Of a DNA stretch of 64,000 nt, positions 44,572 through 55,091 are shown piece after piece. This DNA is from an uncultured Phycisphaerales bacterium (GTDB lineage: Bacteria; Planctomycetota; Phycisphaerae; Phycisphaerales; SM1A02). The stretch spans positions 32,001 through 96,000 of the forward strand of contig CALKEP010000008.1 in the NCBI GenBank assembly GCA_938084645.1, read 5' to 3'. The notes beneath the pieces are model-generated. The model saw only the letters and a program-made list of their open reading frames with translations, did not search any database and was not told the DNA's origin. Each line of letters starts with the position of its first letter. Position 1 is the first letter of the stretch. The position numbers were made by a program, and so were the translations under genes.

Positions 44572-44957
44572 GGCGGACTCCGGAACCGTGGGGGATCTGG
44601 CGGAAGAGGGCCGCCGACCCGTTTGATCTTCGAACACGTCGGGCGAGGCCCGCCGCGGAGGATCGAAGAAAGTAGCAGGAAGCGGCCGGGCGGTCGACCC
44701 TTTCGGGGGCAAAAACCAACAGCGGGCTCGATTTCGGGCTCGAAAAGGCCGATCTGCGGGAAGTTCCAGTCACCCGGCCTCGAATTCGGGGGACGCAAGA
44801 TAGACTCGGGTCAGTGTTCTTCGTTTCGCGCGTTTTCTCCCGCAGCCGACCCGATCGGGTCTCGACTCCCGGAGCAACCGCTCGACTCGCCTCAGCGTGA
44901 AATGCCGAGCCCGCCCCGGAGAAGATCCCGGCGGGCGTGTCGACGGAATGATCCCCC

Positions 44958-45788
44958 ATGGAATTGATGGACAGGTTGGCCGAAGCGGAACGCCGGATCG
45001 GCTATCGCTTTCGAGACCGTGAACTGCTCGCTCGCTCCCTTCGCCACGCGTCTGCGGCGGACGACCGGCTCGACTCGAACGAACGCCTCGAATTCCTGGG
45101 CGACGCGATTCTCGGCGTGGTCGTCTGCACGGAGTTGTTCGATCGCTTCCCCGACCTGCTCGAGGGTGAACTCACCAAGATCAAGTCGAACGTGGTGAGC
45201 AGGCGGGTCTGCGCGGAGATCGCGGAGGAGCGAGGCCTCGGTGAACTTCTCGATCTCGGCAAGGGCATGAACGGGCGCGGCGAGATGCCGTCCTCGCTCC
45301 ATGCCGCGGTGCTCGAGTCGGTGATCGGCGCGATCCACCTCGATGCAGGCTTCGACCGGGCCAGGGCGTTCGTCCTGGAACTGCTCGATCCGAGGATCGC
45401 CCATGCCGCGGAGCTCGGTCATCAGCACAACTTCAAGTCGGTGCTTCAGCAGGTCTTCCAGCGGAAGGGGCTCGGCGCACCCTCGTACGTCGTGCTGGAG
45501 GAACGCGGACCGGATCACGCCAAGTGCTTCGAGGTCTGCGTCGTCGCGGGCGAGCGGCGCTTCGAGGGATGCTGGGGCCCCAACAAGAAACAGGCCGAAC
45601 AGCAGGCGGCCCTCGCCGCATTGCTCCATCTGGATCTCGCGGTCGCGGATGGCGACGGGGACATCCGACTGGTCGACGCCTGCTGGAACGACGATCCGGT
45701 CGCGAGCAACACCCCGGTCGACCCCGAGTCGACGGGCGCAGCGGATGGCTCCGAGATGGTCGACGAAACGTCGACGCCGGGCACCTGA
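44958..45788 (+). CDS. rnc: Ribonuclease III
   Basis: NERLEFLGDAILG signature, EGELTK, ESVIGAIHLD, dsRBD (NFKSVLQ, GPDH, KKQAEQQAA). Confidence 0.97.
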   Translation: MELMDRLAEAERRIGYRFRDRELLARSLRHASAADDRLDSNERLEFLGDAILGVVVCTELFDRFPDLLEGELTKIKSNVVSRRVCAEIAEERGLGELLDLGKGMNGRGEMPSSLHAAVLESVIGAIHLDAGFDRARAFVLELLDPRIAHAAELGHQHNFKSVLQQVFQRKGLGAPSYVVLEERGPDHAKCFEVCVVAGERRFEGCWGPNKKQAEQQAALAALLHLDLAVADGDGDIRLVDACWNDDPVASNTPVDPESTGAADGSEMVDETSTPGT

Positions 45789-45803
45789 CCGTTCGCGTTC
45801 GGC

Positions 45804-45848
45804 GATGACGCCTCGATGAACCGAGGATGAACCGAGGGTGAACCGAGG
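45804..45848 (-). repeat. Four 11-bp-period direct repeats (GTTCACC/GTTCATC/GTTCATC/CGTCATC on minus strand)
   Basis: Plus strand GATGACG 45804, GATGAAC 45815, GATGAAC 45826, GGTGAAC 45837. Confidence 0.85.
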
Positions 45849-45904
45849 AAGCGGAGTCTCGTTGGCCGTGGGATCGCGGGAAGCGGCCCGGGATCGTGTC
45901 GGGA

Positions 45905-46600
45905 TCAGGACGCGTCCTGCCCCGTGGCGTCCGGCTTCGGAGGCTTCCGAAAGTCGAGATCCTCGATTCTGCCGAAGACCGCGGTCGAGATGTTCGCAAG
46001 GTGGGACGCGATTCGCTTGAAGTATCGCGTCTGCATGGAACACGTGACCGCTTCCTGGGTGCTGATGGTGGAGCGATCGTCCAGCAGCTCGGTGGCCAGA
46101 TCCTCACAGGCCTTCCGCACCGCGTCCGCGGCCTTGATCGCGACCTTGGCTTCCTTGGTGTCCGAATTCCGGAATGCGGTCCGGACGAGTTCGAAGATCT
46201 TCTCGATCTCGTCGGGGATCGTCCGGATCCGCTCCTCGTACGCCGAAGGGGTGTGGCGGAGGCCGCCGTGCTCCGTCACCTCGTAGAGATTCTTGCAGTA
46301 GTCGCCGATTCGCTCCGCGTCCTTGGCGATGGACATGAGTGCGAGGCATGCGGCGATGTCCGCATTTCGATTCACCGAGAGATGGGTCACGATGTTGCTG
46401 CGGAGGGACCGGAGCAGTCGGTTGATGTCCTGATCCCGCGTGAACACCGCTTCGCGGACGTCGGCGGGATCGCCACCGGCGAGGACGCCGTGAACCTCGT
46501 GGAACATCCACTGGCCCGCGGTGAGCATCTCGTCGAATTCGCCGAACGCCTTGTCGAGGGCGTCGCCGCCGCGAAGTGCTGCCAAGAGGGCTCCGAGCAT
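45905..46600 (-). CDS. PhoU-domain protein associated with the Na/Pi transporter
   Basis: DQDIN...KDAERIGDYCKN and second repeat YFKRIASHLANI. Confidence 0.85.
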   Translation of the reverse strand: MLGALLAALRGGDALDKAFGEFDEMLTAGQWMFHEVHGVLAGGDPADVREAVFTRDQDINRLLRSLRSNIVTHLSVNRNADIAACLALMSIAKDAERIGDYCKNLYEVTEHGGLRHTPSAYEERIRTIPDEIEKIFELVRTAFRNSDTKEAKVAIKAADAVRKACEDLATELLDDRSTISTQEAVTCSMQTRYFKRIASHLANISTAVFGRIEDLDFRKPPKPDATGQDAS

Positions 46601-46621
46601 GATGACGACTCCAGATTCGAA

Positions 46622-47794
46622 TCAGCTGTAGATGAAGACTTCGGTGATCACGAGGCCGATCGCGGGCACCACCACGAACACGAGCGCCAGGAAGATGAAC
46701 GCCCATTTCTTCGACCGGCTGGCGAGTGCACTGTACGACTTCGAAATCTTGATCGGGATTTTTCGCAGCGGATACCAGATCAGGTTGTCCGAACAGTTGA
46801 AGAGCACGTGGGCGATCGCGACCGTCACCGCGGCGCTGGTGGGATTCGCGAGTGCCGCGATCAGTCCGGTCACGGTGGTTCCGATGTTCGCGCCGAGCAT
46901 GAAGGGGAAGGCCCGCTTCAACTTCACGGCGCCGGCCCCGACGATCGGCACCATCAGGCTGGTGGTGACCGAACTCGATTGCACGGAGATCGTCGAGAAG
47001 ATCCCGGAGATCCACGCGACGAAGTCGTTCCTGAAGAAGACGGTGGAAAAGAGCCCTTCGAGCCGGCTCAGAACCGCGCCCTTGAGGTTCCTGACCAGGA
47101 ACACGAGGGCCAGGAACAGCAGGAGCAGGCCGGCCACCGAAAGGATGACGGAGCTCGCGATCGTCGCCCCGCCGATCCACTCCGTCACCGACTGCAGGAA
47201 GCCGACCACCGGCTTGGTGATCACCTTGATCGGATTGGTCGGCTTGGTCACCTCGTCGAATCCCAGCGAGTTCGCGATCATTGCGGCCGCGTTCGCGAGG
47301 ATTCCCTGGCCGTTCTTGAACATCGTGCTGGTGATCCACTCGATCGGGAAGAGCGCCAGCACCGTGAGAATGTTCGGAACCGCGTGGAGCAGGGCCGCCG
47401 AATACGCCCGCCGGAACTGTCGTCGGATCCGCATGGTTCCGAGGGAGACGATGAGGCCGGTCACGCTGGTGCCGATGTTCGCGCCCATGACCGCGAACAC
47501 CGCGGTCTCGATCGGCATCTGGCCGGCGGCGACCATCGTGATGATCAGCGAGGTCGTGAAGGACGAACTCTGGACGATCGAGGTGACCAGCACCGCTCCG
47601 AAGAGGGCGAACAGCGGATTCTGTCCCTGCGCGATGATCGTCTCGAGCCAGTCGGATTGCTTGCCGATCCCCTTGAGGCCCGATCCCATCACGTTGATCG
47701 CGCAGAGGAACAGGTACAGGGCGACGATCGCGAAAAACGCGTTCAGGAAGGGGAAGGACCGCCGTGGCGGTGACAGGGACGGGGTGGGTGTCAT
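46622..47794 (-). CDS. Sodium-dependent phosphate cotransporter (NptA/SLC34 family)
   Basis: Two inverted repeats VQSSS...MGANIGTSVT and VQSSS...LGANIGTTVT. Confidence 0.92.
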   Translation of the reverse strand: MTPTPSLSPPRRSFPFLNAFFAIVALYLFLCAINVMGSGLKGIGKQSDWLETIIAQGQNPLFALFGAVLVTSIVQSSSFTTSLIITMVAAGQMPIETAVFAVMGANIGTSVTGLIVSLGTMRIRRQFRRAYSAALLHAVPNILTVLALFPIEWITSTMFKNGQGILANAAAMIANSLGFDEVTKPTNPIKVITKPVVGFLQSVTEWIGGATIASSVILSVAGLLLLFLALVFLVRNLKGAVLSRLEGLFSTVFFRNDFVAWISGIFSTISVQSSSVTTSLMVPIVGAGAVKLKRAFPFMLGANIGTTVTGLIAALANPTSAAVTVAIAHVLFNCSDNLIWYPLRKIPIKISKSYSALASRSKKWAFIFLALVFVVVPAIGLVITEVFIYS

Positions 47795-47990
47795 GGGTTC
47801 GAGCAGCGGGGGCGGGAGTCGCTGGAACTCTGGCAATGGGTGACGTCGTCTGTCTCAAGGGGGCCGCGGACGCGAAATATCATCCGCCATTTCAGTGAAT
47901 GGGGGTTGGTCGCGGCACGAGTGTGGACTTCCTGACGATTCGCGGGTCGGTGGCGGCGGGGATCGTCGGGTGGGTGGGTTCCGCCCGCGG

Positions 47991-48467
47991 TCAGACGCCG
48001 CCGACGAGCCAGCGGACCGCCAGCGTGGCGAGCCCGATCGCGAGGCCCGCGGCGAGACCGAACCGCACTGCCTGGAACCCCTGCCGAAGCACGGGCGCCC
48101 GGCCCGCGGCGAGCACGTCGAGGGGCCCGGTGATGTCGTCGATGGACTCGCCTCTTCGTGCCCGATCCTGCATCACGGCGATGACCAGGCTCGCGTCGAA
48201 TTCGCGCAGTCCCGCGAGGCGTGCGAAGCGAAGCAGTTCTTCGCGACGCTCCGGGGGGAGCACGACGCCCTCGAGGGCGTTGGCGACCCGGCCCGCGAAT
48301 GCGAGATGCGGCGCCTTCGGATCGAGTCCGGGCGCGGTGGAAGCGAGCCGGTTCTCCAGGGCGACCCGCCGCCGTGCCGATTCGAGTTCCCGGCGTGCGC
48401 GAAGGCCCACATCGGCCCTCGAGCCGTCGTTGGGTTCCAAGCGCAGGTTGGCGTGCATCGTCGACAT
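47991..48467 (-). CDS. Hypothetical protein with C-terminal TM helix; start uncertain
   Basis: RRRVALEN...RREELLRFARLAGLREFDASLVIAVMQD, C-terminal hydrophobic helix. Confidence 0.62.
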   Translation of the reverse strand: MSTMHANLRLEPNDGSRADVGLRARRELESARRRVALENRLASTAPGLDPKAPHLAFAGRVANALEGVVLPPERREELLRFARLAGLREFDASLVIAVMQDRARRGESIDDITGPLDVLAAGRAPVLRQGFQAVRFGLAAGLAIGLATLAVRWLVGGV

Positions 48468-48692
48468 GAATCGGTCCCGGCGCGGTCGAACTGGAATCGC
48501 CGCCCCCGAACTACGATCGATGGGGGTGGATGGTTCGTTCGAACGTCGGGAGTCTAGATCGCGACCGCGTCGATCCAAGTCGGATCGTCGGCTCGTCCAC
48601 AGGAGGGTCGGGGATCGAGCCCTGGGGAACGGTCTGTGTGGGTCGCGCGGATTCTGCGGTCGGTTCCGATCACGTGGCGGGACCGTCGTCGC

Positions 48693-49349
48693 TCAGGCGT
48701 TGCCGTGCCGGACGACCCGTCCCTCGACGAGATAGATGAGATTGCCGGCGATCGACACCGAGATGTCACCGGCCCGCTCGAGCCGCTGTGCGATCGCAAG
48801 CAGTTCGATCGTGGCGTTGGTCGCGGTGGGGTCCTTCGGGATCTCCTCCCGTGCCCAGACGAGCATCGCCTTGTGGAGGCGATCGAGTTCGTCGTCGTCC
48901 GCGTTCACCTCCCGGGCCAGCCCGGCGTCCGTATCCGCGACCGATCGCAGTGCCTTCGCGAAGATCTTCCGCACCGACATGCACATCTCCGCCAGCGTCT
49001 CGGGCACCCGCACCGCGGGCATCGAGCTGACCCGAATCACCCGCTTGGACATGCCCTTGCAGAGATCGGCGATCCGCTCGAACTCACCGCTGATCCGCAT
49101 GATGGCGAGGAGTTCTCGAAGGTCGGTTGCCACCGGCGCCGTGAGCGCGAGCAGTCGGGCACACTCCTCTTCGATCTCGAGATCGTCATGGTCGATCTCC
49201 TCGTCCCCCTTCTTGATCACTCGCGCGGCGTCGACGTCGGCGTCGAGAATCGCGGTGGTGATGGCATGGACCCGTTGATCCACCTTGGCCCCGAGGGCGA
49301 GGAGTTCACGGCGAAGACGGATCAGATCGGATTCGAGATCGACGGGCAT
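48693..49349 (-). CDS. phoU: Phosphate signalling protein PhoU
   Basis: GDEEID, PVATDLR, FERIAD, DDELD, LERAGD...NLIYLVEG; follows pstB. Confidence 0.93.
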   Translation of the reverse strand: MPVDLESDLIRLRRELLALGAKVDQRVHAITTAILDADVDAARVIKKGDEEIDHDDLEIEEECARLLALTAPVATDLRELLAIMRISGEFERIADLCKGMSKRVIRVSSMPAVRVPETLAEMCMSVRKIFAKALRSVADTDAGLAREVNADDDELDRLHKAMLVWAREEIPKDPTATNATIELLAIAQRLERAGDISVSIAGNLIYLVEGRVVRHGNA

Positions 49350-49380
49350 GTTGGTTCCTGCGGCTGCGGTGAGGACCGGA

Positions 49381-50229
49381 TCAACCGAATCGACCCGAGA
49401 CGTAGTCCTCGGTCTCGCGGTGGGTCGGGTTGGTGAAGATCCGTTCGGTGCGGTCGGTCTCGACGAGGGCACCGTTGTAGAAGAACGCCGTCCGGTCCGA
49501 GACTCGGGCGGCCTGCTGCATGTTGTGCGTGACGATGACGATCGTGTACTGGTCCCGCAGGTGGCGGATCAGCTCCTCGATCGCGGAGGTCGATCGGGGG
49601 TCCAGGGCGGAGCACGGTTCGTCCATGAGCAGGACTTCGGGGCCGATCGCGATCGCGCGGGCGATGCACAGTCGCTGCTGCTGTCCGCCGGAGAGTCCGA
49701 GGGCGCTCTGGCCGAGGCGATCCTTGACCTCGTCCCAGATCGAGGCCCGGCGAAGGCTCTGTTCGACGAGTGCCTCGAGATCCCCGCGGCTGTAGCGCCG
49801 GTGCAGCCTCGGGCCGAAGGCCACGTTGTCGAAGATCGACTTGGGGAAGGGATTGGGTTTCTGGAACACCATGCCCACCCGGCGTCGCAGATCGACCACG
49901 TCACACTTCGGATCGAGCAGATCACGTCCGTGGAGATGGAGTTCCCCCGTCGCTCGAGCGGTCGGGATGGTGTCGTTCATCCGGTTGAACCATCGGAGAA
50001 GCGTGCTCTTGCCGCATCCCGACGGGCCGATGAAGGCGGTGACGCGATTCTCGGGGATGTCGAGGTCGATCCCGTGCAAGGCCTGGAAATCCCCGTACCA
50101 GCCGTCGAGGTTGCGGCAGCGGATGCAGAGCTCGCTGGTGACGCCGTCGGCGGGGGGCGACGGAATGCTCACCGCGGCGCTGTTCTCGGCGGAAGGGACC
50201 GAAGGGTCGGACGGGGTGGAGGACGTCAT
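49381..50229 (-). CDS. pstB: Phosphate ABC transporter ATP-binding protein
   Basis: [61 protein letters not shown]. Confidence 0.97.
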   Translation of the reverse strand: MTSSTPSDPSVPSAENSAAVSIPSPPADGVTSELCIRCRNLDGWYGDFQALHGIDLDIPENRVTAFIGPSGCGKSTLLRWFNRMNDTIPTARATGELHLHGRDLLDPKCDVVDLRRRVGMVFQKPNPFPKSIFDNVAFGPRLHRRYSRGDLEALVEQSLRRASIWDEVKDRLGQSALGLSGGQQQRLCIARAIAIGPEVLLMDEPCSALDPRSTSAIEELIRHLRDQYTIVIVTHNMQQAARVSDRTAFFYNGALVETDRTERIFTNPTHRETEDYVSGRFG

Positions 50230-50261
50230 GGTTTCCCTTCGACCGACGGGGTGGGAGGTCT

Positions 50262-51503
50262 TCATTGCAGTGGTCTCGAGAATCTCTGGCGGATCGTGAT
50301 CGCGATCGCGTTGAAGGCGAGGAGCACGAAGAGCAGGACGATGATTCCCGAGGCCGCCAAGGCTCGGAATTCGGGCTGGAACCGGGCCGACCAATTGTAT
50401 ATCTGCATCGGCAGGACCGTGAACGGATCCATCAGGGTCTGCGGGACATCCGTGATGAAGAGGGCGACGCCGAGGACGAGGATCGGCGCAGCCTCCCCGA
50501 TGGCCCGGCTCATCGCGAGGATGGCCCCGGTCATGATCATCGGGATGGAGGCCGGCAGCGTGACCCGGCTGACGGTCTGCAATCTGGTCGCACCCATCGC
50601 GAAGGATCCCGACCGGAGGGAGCCCGGTACCGAGCGGATCGCCTCCTGGGAGCTGATGATGACGATCGGAAGCACCACGAGCATGAGGGTGAGTCCGCCC
50701 GCGAGCACCGTCTGGCCGAAGGGGAACTGGACGTAGTACCAGGGTTTCTCGACCTCGTAGTCGACCGGGAGCCCCGCATCCACCGCGGGAATGACGCCGT
50801 TGGCCAGCGGCGCATTCGCCGAGTCCTCGACGATGGTGAGCGGAATCGGCTCCCAGTGGTCGGTGAAGATCAGTTCGCCGTCCGGCCCGTCCAGCACCCG
50901 CTGCATGTACGCGATCGTGCCGGTCTCGAGCGTGGGAGTCACCGACCGGTTCTCGACGGGGACCCGAAGCGGTTCGCCGGTCACGTCGTAGTACATCGCG
51001 TAGGTCTCGCCCCCGATCTCCAGCGCTGGATCCTGAGTCGTCCCCGCAAGGCCGAACATCCGGACGAAGAGGGTGAGTCCCAGGATTCCGTAGACGATGG
51101 AGGGAACGCCCGCCAGATTCGAGATGTTCAACCGAAGCAGGTTCGTGAAGCGGTTGCGAGCCGCGAACTCCTCGAGGTACAGGGCCGTCGCGACGCCGAC
51201 CGGCAGCGCCACGACCGCGCAGATCGCGCTGATCCAGATGGATCCGGCGAGTGGTGCGAGGATGCCCGCCTTCCCCGGATCTCGAGAGGTGAAGTTCGTG
51301 ACGAAGGACCAGCTGAGGCCGGGAATGCCGTTGATCAGGATGCTTCCGAGCAGGACCAGGAGTGCGATGACCGCGATCATCGTGATCGCCATGCACATCA
51401 GATAGAAGCCGCGATCGAGACGGACCCGCTTCGCGATCTGCCTGGGCTCGCCTCGTTCGACGAGTTCGCGGAAATCGAGGTGCTGACCCGGTGGCTGGCT
51501 CAT
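50262..51503 (-). CDS. pstA: Phosphate ABC transporter permease PstA
   Basis: [36 protein letters not shown]; contains a large soluble insertion. Confidence 0.95.
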   Translation of the reverse strand: MSQPPGQHLDFRELVERGEPRQIAKRVRLDRGFYLMCMAITMIAVIALLVLLGSILINGIPGLSWSFVTNFTSRDPGKAGILAPLAGSIWISAICAVVALPVGVATALYLEEFAARNRFTNLLRLNISNLAGVPSIVYGILGLTLFVRMFGLAGTTQDPALEIGGETYAMYYDVTGEPLRVPVENRSVTPTLETGTIAYMQRVLDGPDGELIFTDHWEPIPLTIVEDSANAPLANGVIPAVDAGLPVDYEVEKPWYYVQFPFGQTVLAGGLTLMLVVLPIVIISSQEAIRSVPGSLRSGSFAMGATRLQTVSRVTLPASIPMIMTGAILAMSRAIGEAAPILVLGVALFITDVPQTLMDPFTVLPMQIYNWSARFQPEFRALAASGIIVLLFVLLAFNAIAITIRQRFSRPLQ

Positions 51504-52465
51504 TCGTACTCCTCCCGGAAGCGGGCGAGGATGCGGTACCCGGTGAAGGTGAGCAGGAACGTCATCAGGAAGAGGACCCCGGCCACCGCGAAGCTCGACT
51601 TGAACTCCACCCCGGTCGCGGGCGCGTCACCGAGGAAGATCTGGACCATGTAGGCGGTCATCGTCTGGACCTGTTCCCAGGGCAGGATGGTGAGTTGTGC
51701 GAGGCCGCCCGCGGCGAGGGCCACGATCATCGTCTCCCCGACGGCGCGAGTGATGGCGAGCAGGTACGAGGCCATGATTCCGCTCAGCGCCGCCGGCACG
51801 ACCACCTTCGCCGAGGCGTCGAAACGGGTCGATCCAAGGGCGTACGCGCCGTCTCGAAGGCCCTTGGGAACCGCGCGGATCGCGTCCTCGGAAAGGCTCG
51901 TCACGATGGGGAGGATCATGATGCCGACCGCGATCCCCGCCGAGGCCGCGCTGTACGGGCCGAAGACCGCCTCGCCGGAGACCAGTTTTCCCAGCCACTG
52001 GAGGGAGGGGGTGATCACGATCACCGCGAAGAACCCGTAGACCACGGTCGGAATGCCGGCGAGCACCTCGAGCACGGGTTTGAGGACGCTGCGGAGCCGG
52101 GCGGGGGCGTATTCGCTCAGAAAGATCGCGGTCACCAGCCCGATCGGCAGGGCGAAGATCGCGGCGACGAGGGTCACCAGGAGCGTTCCGGCGATCAGGG
52201 GCCAGATTCCGAAGTGCTTCTCCTCGCCGAGGAGTGGATTCCATTCGAGTCCGGTGAGGAAATCGACCACCGAGACCTCCGCGAGGAAACGGGAGGTCTC
52301 GTAGGCGAGGATCCCGATGATCAGCGCGGTGATCAGAATGGAGAAGCACGCGCATCCGAGCAGTGCGGTTCGCGCGAAGACGTCCCAGGAGGCCTGGAGC
52401 ACTCGGCTCTTGGGTCGGCCGCGTCCGCGAACCTCGTTCATGTCGGTTGGTGCGGCTTCTGACAT
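51500..52465 (-). CDS. pstC: Phosphate ABC transporter permease PstC
   Basis: [42 protein letters not shown]. Confidence 0.96.
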   Translation of the reverse strand: MSEAAPTDMNEVRGRGRPKSRVLQASWDVFARTALLGCACFSILITALIIGILAYETSRFLAEVSVVDFLTGLEWNPLLGEEKHFGIWPLIAGTLLVTLVAAIFALPIGLVTAIFLSEYAPARLRSVLKPVLEVLAGIPTVVYGFFAVIVITPSLQWLGKLVSGEAVFGPYSAASAGIAVGIMILPIVTSLSEDAIRAVPKGLRDGAYALGSTRFDASAKVVVPAALSGIMASYLLAITRAVGETMIVALAAGGLAQLTILPWEQVQTMTAYMVQIFLGDAPATGVEFKSSFAVAGVLFLMTFLLTFTGYRILARFREEYE

Positions 52466-52499
52466 CGATGTCCGTTCGATCCGAACCTGATGGGTGGAA

Positions 52500-52528
52500 G
52501 GCGGGCCCGGCGGAACGCCGGGCCCGCC
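52500..52528. terminator. Perfect 13-bp hairpin between pstS and pstC (mRNA stabiliser or partial terminator)
   Basis: GGCGGGCCCGGCG-GAA-CGCCGGGCCCGCC. Confidence 0.7.
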
Positions 52529-52550
52529 CGAACTCACTTGTCGACCGCGA

Positions 52551-53552
52551 TCACTTGTAGATCTCGGTCACCGGGCCGATCTTCTTCTCTCCCTTGGCAT
52601 CAAGGAAGAAGGAACCGGTCTTTCGCGTCTCGAAGGTCTCGCGGGCCCGGTCGTAGATGACGTCGGGCAGACCCACGTACCCGACTTCACTGGCGGACTT
52701 CGCGGCATTCTTGAGGTAGAACTCGACGAAGGCCCGCACGAAGGGCTTGCGGGCGGCACTCGCCTTGACGTAGATGAAGAGCGGACGACTGAACGGATTG
52801 TAGGTTCCGTTCTCGATCGTCTTGGGGGTCGGGCCCACGGCCTTGCCCTGCTTGTTGATGATCGGCATCGCCCGCAGGCTGTCCTTGTTCTCGAAGTAGT
52901 AGGCGGCACCGAAGAAGCCGATGCCACCTTCGTCGCCGGAGACACCTCGGACGAGGACGTTGTCGTCCTCGGAAACGCTCATGTCGCTCCGAATCGAGCC
53001 CGTCTTTCCCGCGACGACCTCCTTGAAGTAGTCGAAGGTGCCGGAGTCGGTGCCGGGCGAGTAGATGTTGATCGGTCGATCCGGCCATTCCGGTCGCACG
53101 TCCTGCCAGGTCTTGGCGCCGCCGCTGGCGAGGAAGATCTTCTTCAGGTCGTCGACGGTCATCGACTCGGCCCAGTAGTTGCCTTTGTTCACCACGATGG
53201 TGAGGCCGTCGTACGCGACCGGAATCTCGATGAACTCGATGCCGGCGTCGTTGCACATCTTCGCTTCCGCGGCCTTGATCGGTCGGGAGGCGTCCGAGAT
53301 GTCGATCTCGTTGGCGGCGAATCGCTTGAACCCACCACCGGTGCCGGAAACGCCGACGGTGACCTTGACGTTCGGGGCGGCGGCCTTGAAGGACTCCGCC
53401 ACGGCTTCGGTGATCGGGTAGACGGTGGACGAACCGTCCACCGTGATCGACCCACGAAGACGGCGGAGGTCCTGGTTGGCACCGGCGCCAAGGAGGGTGA
53501 TGGCTGCGAGGGCGAGCCCGCCGAGGGTGGCGAGCCGGGTTCGTTGGTTCAT
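52551..53552 (-). CDS. pstS: Phosphate-binding periplasmic protein
   Basis: Signal peptide, DGSSTVYP, SGTGGGFK, DASR, DSGTFDYF, SEDDN, SRPLFIYV. Confidence 0.96.
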   Translation of the reverse strand: MNQRTRLATLGGLALAAITLLGAGANQDLRRLRGSITVDGSSTVYPITEAVAESFKAAAPNVKVTVGVSGTGGGFKRFAANEIDISDASRPIKAAEAKMCNDAGIEFIEIPVAYDGLTIVVNKGNYWAESMTVDDLKKIFLASGGAKTWQDVRPEWPDRPINIYSPGTDSGTFDYFKEVVAGKTGSIRSDMSVSEDDNVLVRGVSGDEGGIGFFGAAYYFENKDSLRAMPIINKQGKAVGPTPKTIENGTYNPFSRPLFIYVKASAARKPFVRAFVEFYLKNAAKSASEVGYVGLPDVIYDRARETFETRKTGSFFLDAKGEKKIGPVTEIYK

Positions 53553-53641
53553 CGTGCAGGTTCCTTTCTGCGGAATCACGGGGAATCTGGGTTCGATCCG
53601 GACCTCGGTCGAGGTCAGGTGGCGAAGGATCCCCGCCCTGT

Positions 53642-53669
53642 GTTAAGAAAACGTAAAGGAACCGTGAAG
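53642..53669 (-). promoter_or_regulatory. Pho-box-like operator upstream of pstS (three 11-bp-period repeats)
   Basis: Minus strand CTTCAC-N5-CTTTAC-N5-CTTAAC in an AT-rich patch. Confidence 0.75.
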
Positions 53670-53696
53670 CGTTGAGGTGATCTTTCGAAACGGGCC

Positions 53697-55091
53697 TCAA
53701 TGGGCCGGGAGGGTGATCTTGAAGGCGGATCCCGCTCCGACTCGGGAGCGGGCCTCGATCCGTCCACCCAGCGAGGTGGCGATGTGCTTGACGATCGCGA
53801 GGCCGAGGCCGGTCCCCCCGAGCTCCCGGCTGCGGCTCCGATCGACCCGGTAGAACCGCTCGAAGATCCGATCCAGGTGCTCGCTCGAGATCCCGTCGCC
53901 GAAGTCCTCGACCTCGATGGTCACCTCGCCCTCGATCACGCGTGCCTTGACCTCCACCGGTCGGGTGGTCCCGCCGTACTTCACGGCGTTGGTGACCAGA
54001 TTTCCGACCGCCTGTTCCAGCAGCGGGCGGGTGCCCTGCACCCGGGGATCCCCTTCGATCTTCACGATGATCTCCGGCCCGGCTGGCGTGCCCGGGTCAT
54101 CGTCGGTGGCGGCGCTCTTCACCGAATCGACCACCGATTCGATGATGGAGGCGACGGAGATCGCCTCGAGCTCCAGAACGGACCGGCGTTCGGGATCCTC
54201 GATTCTGGCGAGCGTGAGGAGATCCTCGATGATGTTCGAGAGCCGTTGCCCGTTGCGGACGATGACGTCGCCGCACTTTCGAACCAGCGCCGGATCGTCG
54301 GTCTCCTGCAGCAGTTCCGCATATCCGTTGATCGACGTGATCGGCGTCCGCAGTTCGTGCGAGACGTTCGCGGCGAAGTCCGTCCGAATCCGCTCCAGCT
54401 GTCGCAAGCGGGTGGTCTCCTCGAGCAGGATCACCGTGCCGATCGCGACGCCACGGCCGTCGGTGAGCGGTTCCGCCACCAGTTCGGCGATCCGCGTCGA
54501 ACGCTCGAACGGGATCTCCGTCATGTAGCGGACCCCGGATCGCCTCGAGGCCTTGACCGCTTCCTGGAGGGCTGGTTCGCGAATGACCTCCTGGAGCAGG
54601 CGGCCTCTGATCTCGACGTCCGCGAGTGCGAACATCCCGAGCGCCGCGGCGTTGAGTCGAATGATCCGCTGTTCCCGGTCGAGGGCGATCAGGCCGTTCG
54701 ACATCGACTGCAGGATCGAAAACATCTCCGAGGTCTGGACCTGGAGGGCATCGATGTTCGAGTCGAGTTCGCCGGCCATCGCGTTGAGCGCGACGGCGAG
54801 TTCGCGGAATTCGTTGGCAGCGTCCTCCCGAAGCCTGCCCGAGAAGTCGCCGTCGGCGAATCGACGGGCGGCATCCGTCGCGCGGCGGGTCTGGCGACCG
54901 ATCGATCGCGCGAGCATCGCGAGGATCAGGATCGTCGCCACCGAGATCGCTGCCACCACCATGGTCACCAGGGAGGCCGCCGCTTGATCGTCGCCGGCCA
55001 CCGAGACCGCGACGACCCACACCACCGCCTGCACCGCAAGAAGGGTGAGGGCGTTCCGCCAGAGAAGACTTCGTCCCAGCCTGATCGTCAA
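53697..55091 (-). CDS. phoR: Phosphate regulon sensor histidine kinase
   Basis: 2 TM, HAMP, PAS, ANVSHELRTP H-box, NLVTNAVKY, DFGDGI, FERFYRVD, GTGLGLAIVKH; TTGA overlap with phoB. Confidence 0.92.
   Translation of the reverse strand: MTIRLGRSLLWRNALTLLAVQAVVWVVAVSVAGDDQAAASLVTMVVAAISVATILILAMLARSIGRQTRRATDAARRFADGDFSGRLREDAANEFRELAVALNAMAGELDSNIDALQVQTSEMFSILQSMSNGLIALDREQRIIRLNAAALGMFALADVEIRGRLLQEVIREPALQEAVKASRRSGVRYMTEIPFERSTRIAELVAEPLTDGRGVAIGTVILLEETTRLRQLERIRTDFAANVSHELRTPITSINGYAELLQETDDPALVRKCGDVIVRNGQRLSNIIEDLLTLARIEDPERRSVLELEAISVASIIESVVDSVKSAATDDDPGTPAGPEIIVKIEGDPRVQGTRPLLEQAVGNLVTNAVKYGGTTRPVEVKARVIEGEVTIEVEDFGDGISSEHLDRIFERFYRVDRSRSRELGGTGLGLAIVKHIATSLGGRIEARSRVGAGSAFKITLPAH

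Noticed and set aside
44572..44957. oriC next to rpmH
   Set aside because: No dnaA, and no TTATCCACA-type boxes or AT-rich unwinding element seen
45804..45848. Short repeats as a CRISPR array
   Set aside because: 11-bp units with no spacers, and no cas genes in the window
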